Of a stretch of DNA of 64,000 nucleotides, positions 1 to 8,108 are shown one piece after another. Position 1 is the stretch's first letter; each line of letters opens with the position of its first letter. The position numbers were made by a program, and so were the translations under genes. The notes beneath the pieces are model-generated. The model ran no database searches. It saw only the letters and a list, made by a program, of their open reading frames with translations, and was not told the origin of the DNA. Source of the DNA: Aneurinibacillus sp. (GTDB lineage: Bacteria > Bacillota > UBA5301 > DYFA01); the NCBI GenBank assembly GCA_020725425.1, contig DYFA01000006.1:15500-79499 (forward strand), written 5' to 3'.

Positions 1-75
1 GTCCAGGGCGTCGAAGATGTTGGTCTCTTCAGTCACAGTGATGGGGTCGGGGGTCATTCGGTCACGAACCAGCAT
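1..75 (-). CDS. CBS-domain protein (AcuB-like), 5' fragment running off the window edge
   Basis: Manual translation from ATG at 75: MLVRDRMTPDPITVTEETNIFDALD, a typical CBS/AcuB N-terminus; SD GGAGAGGTGGAG upstream; follows livF. Confidence 0.75.
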   Translation of the reverse strand, partial: MLVRDRMTPDPITVTEETNIFDALD

Positions 76-104
76 ACGCTCCACCTCTCCCTAGGTGTAT
101 TCGT

Positions 105-809
105 CTAGCCTCCGAGGTAGGCCTTCCTCACCTGCTCGTTGGCTGCAAGGTCCGCCGCGCCGCCGGACAGGGCGATGCTGCCCGTTTCCAGGACATAGCC
201 CTTGTGGGCGATGGAAAGCGCCATGTGGGCGTTCTGCTCCACCAACAGGATGGTCGTCCCCCGCTGGTTGATCTCCCGGATGACCGAGAAGATCTCCTTC
301 ACCAAAAGCGGTGCCAGCCCCATGGACGGCTCGTCGAGCATCATGAGGCGCGGGCGGGCCATGAGGCCCCGGCCCACGGCCAGCATCTGCTGCTCACCGC
401 CGGAGAGAGTGCCGGCCAGTTGCTTCTGCCGCTCCTCGAGGCGGGGGAAGAGCTCGAAAACCCACTTCATGCTCTCCCTGACTTCCCTGTCCGGCCGCTG
501 GAAAGCTCCCATCTCGAGGTTCTCCTTCACTGTGAGGCTGGCGAAGACCCGCCGCCCCTCCGGCACCTGCGTGATCCCGGCCGAAACGATGGCGGGCGGA
601 GTTGCCGCGCTCAGATCCCGCCCCTGGAACAGGATTTTCCCCTGGCGCGCCCGGAGGAGGCCCGAGATGGTCTTGAGGGTGGTGCTCTTCCCGGCGCCGT
701 TCGCCCCGATGAGGGTGACGATCTCCCCTTCCTCGACTTCCAGAGAGATACCCTTCAGGGCGTGGATGGCGCCGTAATAGACGTGCAGGTTCTCGATCTG
801 CAGGAGCAT
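105..809 (-). CDS. livF: Branched-chain amino acid ABC transporter ATP-binding subunit
   Basis: Walker A GANGAGKST, VPEGRRVF, LSGGEQQMLA, DEPSMGLAP, LLVEQN. Confidence 0.95.
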   Translation of the reverse strand: MLLQIENLHVYYGAIHALKGISLEVEEGEIVTLIGANGAGKSTTLKTISGLLRARQGKILFQGRDLSAATPPAIVSAGITQVPEGRRVFASLTVKENLEMGAFQRPDREVRESMKWVFELFPRLEERQKQLAGTLSGGEQQMLAVGRGLMARPRLMMLDEPSMGLAPLLVKEIFSVIREINQRGTTILLVEQNAHMALSIAHKGYVLETGSIALSGGAADLAANEQVRKAYLGG

Positions 810-1573
810 CAGACGGCCTCCTCCCCGAGATAGGCCTCGATCACCTTCGGGTTCCGCTTGATCTCCGCCGGCGGGCCCTCGGCGATCGTCACCCCGTAGT
901 CCAGCACGTAGATCCGTTCGCAGAGCTGCATCACCAGGCTCATGTCGTGCTCGATGAGGAGGATGGTCAGGCTGAACTGGTCCCGGACCCAGCGGATCAG
1001 GTTCAGCAGTTCCTGCGTCTCCTGGGGGTTCATCCCGGCCGCCGGCTCATCGAGGAGGAGCAGCTTGGGCCGGGCAGCCAGCGCCCGGGCGATCTCAAGC
1101 CGCCGCTGCTCGCCGTAGGGCAGGTTCTTGGCGAGCTCGTCGGCCCGGTAGTCCAGCTCGAAGATGGAGAGGAACTCCCGCGCCTTCTGCGTGATCTCCC
1201 GCTCCTCGCGCAGGATCGGGAAGCGGACCATTGAGGCCCAAAGCGAGCTCTTAGCGTTGAGGTGATAGCCGATCTTCACGTTCTCGATGACCGGTAGATT
1301 CTGGAAGAGCCGGATGTTCTGGAAGGTCCGGGCGATCCCGTGCTTGGTCACCTGGTAAGGCTTGAGTCCGTTCAGACGGCAGCCGTCGAAGGTGATCTCC
1401 CCGCGGGTCGGCTCGAAGACCCCGGTCACCAGGTTGAAGATGGTGGTCTTCCCCGCCCCGTTCGGGCCGATCAGGCCGACCAGTTCCCCCGTTTCGATCG
1501 CCATGTCCACATTGGAGACAGCCAACAGGCCTCCGAAAGCCTTGGTCAGGCCTTTGATCTCAAGCAATGCCAT
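809..1573 (-). CDS. livG: Branched-chain amino acid ABC transporter ATP-binding subunit
   Basis: GPNGAGKTT, IARTFQNIRLF, LPYGEQRRLEIARAL, DEPAAGMN, VIEAYLG. Confidence 0.95.
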   Translation of the reverse strand: MALLEIKGLTKAFGGLLAVSNVDMAIETGELVGLIGPNGAGKTTIFNLVTGVFEPTRGEITFDGCRLNGLKPYQVTKHGIARTFQNIRLFQNLPVIENVKIGYHLNAKSSLWASMVRFPILREEREITQKAREFLSIFELDYRADELAKNLPYGEQRRLEIARALAARPKLLLLDEPAAGMNPQETQELLNLIRWVRDQFSLTILLIEHDMSLVMQLCERIYVLDYGVTIAEGPPAEIKRNPKVIEAYLGEEAV

Positions 1574-2558
1574 GTACGTCCCTCCGTCCCGCCTCGCCCG
1601 TCTCCCGGCGCCGCCACAGATCCCGGAAGGCCTGGCTGACCTCCCAGGTGCCGAGGAGCCCCTGCGGCCTCACCAGCATCATCACGATCAGGAGCATCGA
1701 GTAGATCACCATGCGGAGCATGGCGAACTGCCTCAACATCTCCGGCAGGTAGGTCAGGACCGCGGCCGAGAGGATGGAACCAGTCACGCTGCCGAGCCCG
1801 CCCAGGACCACCATCACCAGGACCTCGACGGACTTGAAGAAGCTGAACGACTTGGGGTCGATGAACATCATGTAGTGGGCGTACAGCCCGCCGGCGAGAC
1901 CGGCAAAGGCCGCCCCCACCACGAACGCCGTCACCTTGTACCGGGTGGCGTTGACCCCCATCGTCTCGGCCGCCACCTCGTCCTCCCGGACCGCCAGCAT
2001 GGCCCGGCCGTGGGCGGAGTTGATGAGGTTCGAGATCACGAGGATGGTCAGCGCCGCCAGCGCCTCCGCCACGAAGAACCCCGTCTTGGGCGGGATGCCG
2101 GGCAGCCCGCGGGGGCCGCCGGTGATGTCCAGGTTGACGATGACCACCCGGATGATCTCGCCGAAGCCCAAGGTGGCGATAGCCAGGTAGTCGCCCTTCA
2201 GCCGGAGGGTGGGGATACCGACCACCACCCCCATCACGGCCGCCGCCGCCATCCCGGCGACCAGCACTGCAGCGAAGGGCCAGCGTAGGTGGATGGAGAG
2301 CAGGGCCGAAACGTAAGCCCCCACCGCCATGAACCCGGCGTGACCGATGGAGAACTGGCCGGTGATCCCGTTGATCAGGTTGAGGCTCACCGCCAGGATG
2401 ACGTTGACCATCACCAGGATCAGGATGCCGTTGTAATACCGGTCGATCAGCCCCAGGCCGGAAATCACGTTGATGTAGGCCAGGCCGAGGAGGAACAATG
2501 CGGTGACTATCAGGCTCAGGTAATCCCGGATCTTCTTCCAGCCGAACTGCGTCGCCAT
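1560..2558 (-). CDS. livM: Branched-chain amino acid ABC transporter permease
   Basis: SLNLINGITGQFSIGHAGF, LRLKGDYLAIATLGFGEII, MVVLGGLGS; start set at ATG 2558 after SD GGAGGG. Confidence 0.92.
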   Translation of the reverse strand: MATQFGWKKIRDYLSLIVTALFLLGLAYINVISGLGLIDRYYNGILILVMVNVILAVSLNLINGITGQFSIGHAGFMAVGAYVSALLSIHLRWPFAAVLVAGMAAAAVMGVVVGIPTLRLKGDYLAIATLGFGEIIRVVIVNLDITGGPRGLPGIPPKTGFFVAEALAALTILVISNLINSAHGRAMLAVREDEVAAETMGVNATRYKVTAFVVGAAFAGLAGGLYAHYMMFIDPKSFSFFKSVEVLVMVVLGGLGSVTGSILSAAVLTYLPEMLRQFAMLRMVIYSMLLIVMMLVRPQGLLGTWEVSQAFRDLWRRRETGEAGRRDVHGIA

Positions 2559-2574
2559 TGCCTTCCCTCCCCGG

Positions 2575-3471
2575 TTAGACCTTTTCGCCCACGTTCCGGC
2601 CGAGCAGGCCGACCGGGCGAACGAGCAGGATGATAATGAGGGCGACGAAGGCGGCGGCGTCCTTCCACCCGGAGGAGATGAAGGCCACCACCAGCACCTC
2701 GACGATTCCCATGACAAACCCACCGATCATGGCGCCGGGGATGATCCCGATGCCGCCCAGGACCGCGGCGACGAAGGCCTTGAGTCCGGGCATAATTCCC
2801 ATGAGCGGGTCGATCCGGTTATACACGATGCCGACCAGCACGCCGGCGGCGGCGGCCAGAGCCGAACCGAGGGCGAAGGTCACGGTGATGACCTGGTTGA
2901 CGTCGATCCCCATCAGGTGGGCGGCGTCCCGGTCGTTGGCCACGGCCCGCATCGCCTTGCCGATCTTGGTGTACCGGACGATCCACTGGAGCAGAAACAT
3001 GAGGCCGAAGGTCACGGCCAGAATGAGCACCTGGCGGTTGTTCACGATCAGCCCGCCCACGTTGTACACGGTCAACGGGATGACCTCGGGAAAGGCCCGG
3101 GGATCGGGTTTGAGGATCAACAGCCCCGCATTCTCCAGCAGGAACGAGACCCCGATGGCGGTGATCAGCGCTGATATCCGGCCGGCCTTGCGGATCGGGC
3201 GGTAGGCGAAGAACTCGATCGTCACGCCGGTGAGCGCCGCCACCACCATGGCCAGGACCAGCGCCGGGAAGAAGGAGAGCTTGTATACCGCAGTGGCGAA
3301 GTACCCGGCGAAGGCCCCGACCATGAAGATGTCACCGTGGGCGAAGTTGATCAGCCGAATGATCCCGTAGACCATGGTGTAACCCAAAGCGATGAGGGCG
3401 TAGATGCTCCCGAGCGACACCCCGTTGAACACCTGCTGGATCACCTGTAGGGTCAAGTCATGGGGGCTCAT
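2575..3471 (-). CDS. livH: Branched-chain amino acid ABC transporter permease
   Basis: GSIYALIALGYTMVYGIIRLINFAHG, KAFVAAVLGGIG, RPVGLLG. Confidence 0.95.
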   Translation of the reverse strand: MSPHDLTLQVIQQVFNGVSLGSIYALIALGYTMVYGIIRLINFAHGDIFMVGAFAGYFATAVYKLSFFPALVLAMVVAALTGVTIEFFAYRPIRKAGRISALITAIGVSFLLENAGLLILKPDPRAFPEVIPLTVYNVGGLIVNNRQVLILAVTFGLMFLLQWIVRYTKIGKAMRAVANDRDAAHLMGIDVNQVITVTFALGSALAAAAGVLVGIVYNRIDPLMGIMPGLKAFVAAVLGGIGIIPGAMIGGFVMGIVEVLVVAFISSGWKDAAAFVALIIILLVRPVGLLGRNVGEKV

Positions 3472-3506
3472 GCTTTCACCTCATTACGGACTCCAGTTGG
3501 GCAAAG

Positions 3507-3534
3507 CCCCGGGCCGGGTTGCCCCGGCCCGGGG
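3507..3534 (-). terminator. GC-rich stem-loop after the substrate-binding gene (partial terminator or mRNA stabiliser)
   Basis: Perfect 12-bp inverted repeat CCCCGGGCCGGG-TTGC-CCCGGCCCGGGG followed by CTTT on the minus strand. Confidence 0.55.
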
Positions 3535-3554
3535 ATGGTGGTTATGCGCTCAGC

Positions 3555-4688
3555 TTACGGCTGGACCTTCTTGACGAATTTCTGGGAACCATCCTTCTGG
3601 ACCTGGAGGATGACGGCGGCCTTGACCGGGTTGCGGTTCTCGTCAAAGGTGATCGAGCCGGACACGCCCTTGAAGCCCTTCGTTTTGGCGAGAGCGTCCC
3701 GGATGGCCTTCGGGTCGGCCTTGCCCGCCCGGCGGATAGCGTCGAAGAGCAGATTGGCCGCATCGTAACCCAGCGCCGCCAGGGCGTCGGGAGTCTGCCC
3801 GTACTTCGCCTTGTAGGCCTTCACGAACTTCTGGGTGACCGGGTCCTGGTCATCCGGCGAGTAGTGGTTGGTGAAGTAGTGGCCGACCACCGCCTCTTTC
3901 CCGATCTCGAACAGCTTCGGCGAGTCGAAGCCGTCGCCGCCGATGAGCGGGACGTTGATGCCGAGCTGGCGGGCCTGCCGGGAGATCAGAGCGACGTCGT
4001 TGTAGTAGGAGCCGACGTAGATGGCGTCGGGGTTAGTCGCCTTGATCTTGGTGAGCTGGGCGGAGAAGTCCTGGTCACCGGTGGAAAACTTCTCTTCCGC
4101 CACGACCTTCCCCCCGAGCTTCTCGAAGTTCTCCTTGAAGAACTGGCAGAGCCCCATGGCGTAGTCGGAGGTGACCTCCGGCATCACGGCGACCCTCTTG
4201 AACTTCAACTCCTTCGCCGCGAAGACCGCCATGACCCGCCCCTGGAAGGGGTCGATGAAGCAGGCCCGGAAGATGTAGTCCCCCACCTGGGTCACTCTCG
4301 GGTTGGTCGAGGTCGGCGTGATCACCGGGATTCCGGCCTGCTGGGCGATTGGCCCCGCCGCCAGGGTGTTGGTCGAGGTGACAGGGCCCAGGATGCCCAC
4401 GACCTTGTCCTTGAAGATGAGCTTGTTGTAAGCGTTGGCGGACTCGGCGGCGTCAGACTTGTTGTCCTCGATGACGAGCTCGATCCGGCCGACGCCCTTG
4501 ATCCCGCCCTTGGCATTGATCTCCTCCGCCGCCATCTTGGTGGCGTTCACCGCCGACTGGCCGAAGGTGGCGACGTTGCCGGTCTGCTCATACACCACGC
4601 CGACCTTAACTACCTTCTCGGCGGCGAGGGCGCTCAACCCTCCGAGCAGAAACAGGATCAGGAACAGTCCCACAGCCTTCTTCACCAT
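3555..4688 (-). CDS. Branched-chain amino acid ABC transporter substrate-binding protein (LivJ/LivK family)
   Basis: Signal peptide; EINAKGGI, FRACFIDPFQG, DQDFSAQLTKIK, ALGYDA, GVSGSITFDENRNP. Confidence 0.92.
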   Translation of the reverse strand: MVKKAVGLFLILFLLGGLSALAAEKVVKVGVVYEQTGNVATFGQSAVNATKMAAEEINAKGGIKGVGRIELVIEDNKSDAAESANAYNKLIFKDKVVGILGPVTSTNTLAAGPIAQQAGIPVITPTSTNPRVTQVGDYIFRACFIDPFQGRVMAVFAAKELKFKRVAVMPEVTSDYAMGLCQFFKENFEKLGGKVVAEEKFSTGDQDFSAQLTKIKATNPDAIYVGSYYNDVALISRQARQLGINVPLIGGDGFDSPKLFEIGKEAVVGHYFTNHYSPDDQDPVTQKFVKAYKAKYGQTPDALAALGYDAANLLFDAIRRAGKADPKAIRDALAKTKGFKGVSGSITFDENRNPVKAAVILQVQKDGSQKFVKKVQP

Positions 4689-4828
4689 GCTTCTGACTCC
4701 TTTCTTCTTCTCGTGTCTTCCTTCACCTTAACTCGTCCAAACGACAACTCCTGCAAAACCGACCGGTGCCGGCCTCGCGGGCCACTGCTTCCTCCTCACC
4801 TCCTCCCGCCGGGCAGGCCGTCGGGCCT

Positions 4829-4866
4829 GGAAAGGAACGACCCTGTTCCACGGGGGAACAGGGTCG
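4829..4866 (-). terminator. Intrinsic terminator (attenuator) in the liv operon leader
   Basis: Minus strand CGACCCTGTTCC-CCCGT-GGAACAGGGTCG (12-bp stem) followed by TTCCTTTCC. Confidence 0.7.
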
Positions 4867-4888
4867 CCAACCATGCTCTCGGTTGCCA

Positions 4889-4936
4889 CTACGCCCTACT
4901 CCCTACTCGCAGCGCCCGCAGCGCCAGAATCCACAT
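4889..4936 (-). CDS. Putative attenuator leader peptide MWILALRALRVGSRA (15 aa)
   Basis: ATG 4936 to TAG 4889, SD-like GGGGGTG upstream; 5 Ile/Leu/Val codons in positions 3-11; 3' end complementary to the terminator 5' arm. Confidence 0.6.
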   Translation of the reverse strand: MWILALRALRVGSRA

Positions 4937-5032
4937 CCGGGGGCACACCCCCGCTGGTTTAGGCTAAACTTCTTCCCACCATACGGAATTCCTTCTTAGG
5001 AAGGGAAACTTTTTGCTGGTCGGTGAGCTGCC

Positions 5033-5806
5033 CTAGGGCCCCCCGAGGGCCGCGGCGATCGTCGCGGCACCGAGGGCCCAGACATACCAGGAGAAGATGG
5101 TCAGATGACGCCGGCGCACCACCCCGAGCAGAAGCCAGATGGCGGCGAGGCCCGAGAGAAAGGCGGCGAGGAAGCCGACGACCAGGGGGGCGCTCTCCAG
5201 GAAGGAACCGGCAGGGAGGTGGCGCAGCTGCAGCACCGTCGCGCCCAGGATGACCGGTATGGAGAGCAGGAAGGAGAACCGGGCGGCGGTCTCGCGCTCC
5301 AGCCCTCTAGCCAAGCCGGTGGCGATCGTCGCTCCTGAGCGGGAGATTCCCGGGATGATGGCCACTGCCTGAGCGACCCCCACCCACCAGGCGTCCGCCA
5401 CCGTCATCTGCTCCGCGGCGCGCCGGTCACGGTACGAGGCCGCCAGCCGCTCGGCGCCCCACAGGATAAAGCCTGTGCCGATGAGCGCCACCCCCACCGC
5501 GAGCACGGAGGAGAAGAGTCGGGTGAAGAGGCCCTCCAGCGCCACCCCAGCCAGCCCGGCAGGCACGGAGCCGGCGAGGAGCAGGAGCAGCCGCCGCCGA
5601 TCCCGCAGGAGGGCCCGAAGGTCCGCGCGGAAGTATACAACCACCGCCAGCAGGGTGGCGAAGTGAAGGAAGACGTCGAAGGTCACGCCGGCCTCGGGCA
5701 CCTTGAGGTAGTGCTGAAGCACCACCAGGTGTCCCGAGCTCGATACCGGCAGAAACTCGGTCAAACCTTGTGTCAAGCCTAAGACCGCCGCGGTGAAGAT
5801 GTTCAC
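5033..5806 (-). CDS. uppP: Undecaprenyl-diphosphate phosphatase (BacA/UppP)
   Basis: QGLTEFLPVSSSGH, PGISRSGAT, AARFSFLLSIP; GTG start at 5806 with SD GAGGAGG. Confidence 0.95.
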   Translation of the reverse strand: MNIFTAAVLGLTQGLTEFLPVSSSGHLVVLQHYLKVPEAGVTFDVFLHFATLLAVVVYFRADLRALLRDRRRLLLLLAGSVPAGLAGVALEGLFTRLFSSVLAVGVALIGTGFILWGAERLAASYRDRRAAEQMTVADAWWVGVAQAVAIIPGISRSGATIATGLARGLERETAARFSFLLSIPVILGATVLQLRHLPAGSFLESAPLVVGFLAAFLSGLAAIWLLLGVVRRRHLTIFSWYVWALGAATIAAALGGP

Positions 5807-5810
5807 TGGC

Positions 5811-6806
5811 CTACCTCCTCCCCGCCGCTTCCCGGGTGGCCGCCCCGCCGGGGCCTCTCTTGCCGTTCGCCGCCTTTGCGGCAATTCCTTTCTCCAGCCA
5901 CCGCCCTACCGGCCACGCCAGCGGCAACGCCGCCGCGGCGGTCGCCAGGTTGAAGAGGGCGTGGGCGTTGGCCACCTGCCGGGCGAAGGAGGGCGAGGTC
6001 GCAGCCACCAGGTTCGCGAGCCCTGGAACGAAGGGCAACACCGCTGCCGCCCCGGCGACGTTGAAGACCAGGTTGACCAGGCCGGCCCACCGCCCGGCCC
6101 GGCCGGCCGCCACACCAGCCAAAAGTCCCGGGAGACAGCTGCCGATGTTCCCCCCCAGGACCAGGTGGATGGCGCCGGTCAAGGTGAGCAGCCCCTGGGC
6201 GGCCAGATTCATGACCAGGCCAATAAAGAGCGTGCTGGACTGGACCAGACCGGTGAAGACTGTCCCCGCGAGCACCCCCACCACCGGCCGGTCAGCCACC
6301 TGCGACAGCCAGCCGGGGAGCCAGGCCGGTATCCCGCTGCCGCACGCCCCGCCCAACGCCTCCAGGCCGAGAAAGACCAGGCCCACGCCGAGCAGCGCCT
6401 GTCCTGCGGCGCCGGCTTTCGGCACCCGGCGGAACAACGAGCGGTGCCCGGCGAGGAGCGCTCCCCCTGCCACTGCCGCCAGCCACCCGAGGGTGGTGGT
6501 GGAGAAGCTCATCAGTTGCGCCGTGGCCGTGGTCCCCACGTTGGCCCCCAGCACCGCGCCGATAGCCGCCGGGAACCCTACTGCTCCGGCTTCCACCAGG
6601 CTGACCACGGCGACCGTCACCACGCCGCTCGAGTGAAGCAGGGCTGCCGCGCCGGCGCCCAAAAGCCACGCCAGCGCTGGATCCTGACCGTACCGGCCGA
6701 GCGACCGGCGGACCGCCCGCCCCCCGAGACGTTCCAGGCCCGCGGTCAAGCTGCGGATACCGACAAGAAAGGCGCCTATCCCGACGACCAACCAAGCGGC
6801 CGCCAC
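5811..6806 (-). CDS. Na+/Pi cotransporter family protein (YqeW-like)
   Basis: Repeated motifs LHSSG...GANVGTT and VQSST...GGNIGSC; RQVANAHALFN. Confidence 0.85.
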   Translation of the reverse strand: MAAAWLVVGIGAFLVGIRSLTAGLERLGGRAVRRSLGRYGQDPALAWLLGAGAAALLHSSGVVTVAVVSLVEAGAVGFPAAIGAVLGANVGTTATAQLMSFSTTTLGWLAAVAGGALLAGHRSLFRRVPKAGAAGQALLGVGLVFLGLEALGGACGSGIPAWLPGWLSQVADRPVVGVLAGTVFTGLVQSSTLFIGLVMNLAAQGLLTLTGAIHLVLGGNIGSCLPGLLAGVAAGRAGRWAGLVNLVFNVAGAAAVLPFVPGLANLVAATSPSFARQVANAHALFNLATAAAALPLAWPVGRWLEKGIAAKAANGKRGPGGAATREAAGRR

Positions 6807-6840
6807 AGCCCCGCCTCCTTCACCGATGCCAGCTCAGTTA

Positions 6841-6867
6841 AGCATATGGCCCGGCGAGCGGCGTTAC
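6841..6867 (-). promoter_or_regulatory. Possible mother-cell (SigE/SigK-type) promoter for the Na/Pi transporter gene
   Basis: -10 CATATGCT matches CATAnnnT; -35 region weak (GTAAC). Confidence 0.3.
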
Positions 6868-7097
6868 TTCTCCGCAACCACTCCGGCGAGGAGGGTGCCG
6901 GGGCTCAATCCCGGCTCCAGGTAGGCGTTGGGATCCGTGGTGAGAAGGCGTTCGATCACCGCCCCGGACGGGGTGCGGCGCACCAGGAGCAAGATTCCCC
7001 GGTAGGTGACCTCCACCAGGGACGGCGGCGCTGCAGCTCCGGGGTGGTCATCGTCCCAGATCTCTTCCGGCGGGACCACCGTGTAAAGGAAGGTCAC
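6864..7097 (-). CDS. YlzJ-like protein
   Basis: [12 protein letters not shown]...[20 protein letters not shown], YlzJ-like motifs; directly downstream of tepA. Confidence 0.8.
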   Translation of the reverse strand: MTFLYTVVPPEEIWDDDHPGAAAPPSLVEVTYRGILLLVRRTPSGAVIERLLTTDPNAYLEPGLSPGTLLAGVVAEK

Positions 7098-8035
7098 GGC
7101 CGGCCGGCCCTCCTCCCCGGCAGGCGGCGGGCAACCAGGCCGGCGACCACGCGGCGGCGGCGCGCCCTGCCTGCCAGCGGGTCACGCTCCACCACGCCTC
7201 TTCCCAGCGTCTCGTTCTTCCGTTGCCCGGCGTATTCCGCTTCGGTGCGAGGGAGCTCTCCGTCGGCCGCGGCGATCAACTCCAAGAGTTTCGCCACCGC
7301 GTCCTCCACCCCGCCCACGGCGTCCATCAGCCCCGTCTGGACGGTCTCGTTGCCGACCAGAACCGTCCCGACGTCCCGCATGAGCTCCCCCGTGCGGAAC
7401 ATGAGCTCCCGGAGCTTTTGCTCGCTGATCCGGGAGTGCTCCACGATGAAGCGGATAACCCGGTCCTGCATCTTGTCGAGGTACTCGTAGGTCTGGGGAA
7501 CGCCGATGACCAGGCCGGTCAGGCGGATGGGATGGATGGTCATGGTGGCCGTCTTGGCGATGAAGGAGTAGTCGGCCGCCACCGCCACGGGGATGCCGAT
7601 CGAGTGGCCCCCGCCGAGCACCAGCGAGACAGTCGGCTTGGACATGCTGGCCAGCATCTCGGCGATCGCCAGACCCGCCTCGATATCGCCGCCGACAGTG
7701 TTCAGAAGCACGAGCAGCCCGCGGATGCGTGGGTTCTGCTCCACTGCCACCAGTTGCGGCATGATGTGTTCGTACTTGGTGGTCTTGTTCTTCGGGGGCA
7801 AGAGGACGTGGCCTTCGATCTGGCCGACGATGCTGAGGCAGTGGATAATGGGCTCGCCCGGGCCCGCCACCGCTATCTGGCCGAACTGGCGCAGCGGGTC
7901 GGCGGGCGCCGCCCCCGCCGCCTCCCGGGAGGGCGCCCCGGCATCCCCGGGCTCTTCCTCCGGCGGCACTTCCGGCCCCCCCGGCTCAGCCTCCGCCCGC
8001 ACCTGCAGGCTCTCCTCCGGCCGTACCTCTGCCAC
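7094..8035 (-). CDS. tepA: ClpP-family protease TepA
   Basis: [49 protein letters not shown]; start moved to GTG 8035 (SD GGGGGT) because a SigG-like -10 lies inside the longer ORF. Confidence 0.88.
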   Translation of the reverse strand: MAEVRPEESLQVRAEAEPGGPEVPPEEEPGDAGAPSREAAGAAPADPLRQFGQIAVAGPGEPIIHCLSIVGQIEGHVLLPPKNKTTKYEHIMPQLVAVEQNPRIRGLLVLLNTVGGDIEAGLAIAEMLASMSKPTVSLVLGGGHSIGIPVAVAADYSFIAKTATMTIHPIRLTGLVIGVPQTYEYLDKMQDRVIRFIVEHSRISEQKLRELMFRTGELMRDVGTVLVGNETVQTGLMDAVGGVEDAVAKLLELIAAADGELPRTEAEYAGQRKNETLGRGVVERDPLAGRARRRRVVAGLVARRLPGRRAGRP

Positions 8036-8070
8036 CCGCGATACCCCCTGCACCGTTCCTGCCACCACCG

Positions 8071-8101
8071 TAGTATGGGGTATCTTCACCTGGGATAATG
8101 C
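8071..8101 (-). promoter_or_regulatory. SigG-like promoter for tepA-ylzJ
   Basis: GCATT(A)-N18/19-CATACTA; the -10 matches the forespore SigG consensus. Confidence 0.5.
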
Positions 8102-8108
8102 GACGCCA

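Noticed and set aside
4690-5030. T-box riboswitch or CodY box upstream of the liv operon
   Set aside because: No AAnnnGGGTGGnACC T-box sequence before the terminator. The imperfect palindrome near 4988-5007 is a poor match to the CodY consensus AATTTTCWGAAAATT.
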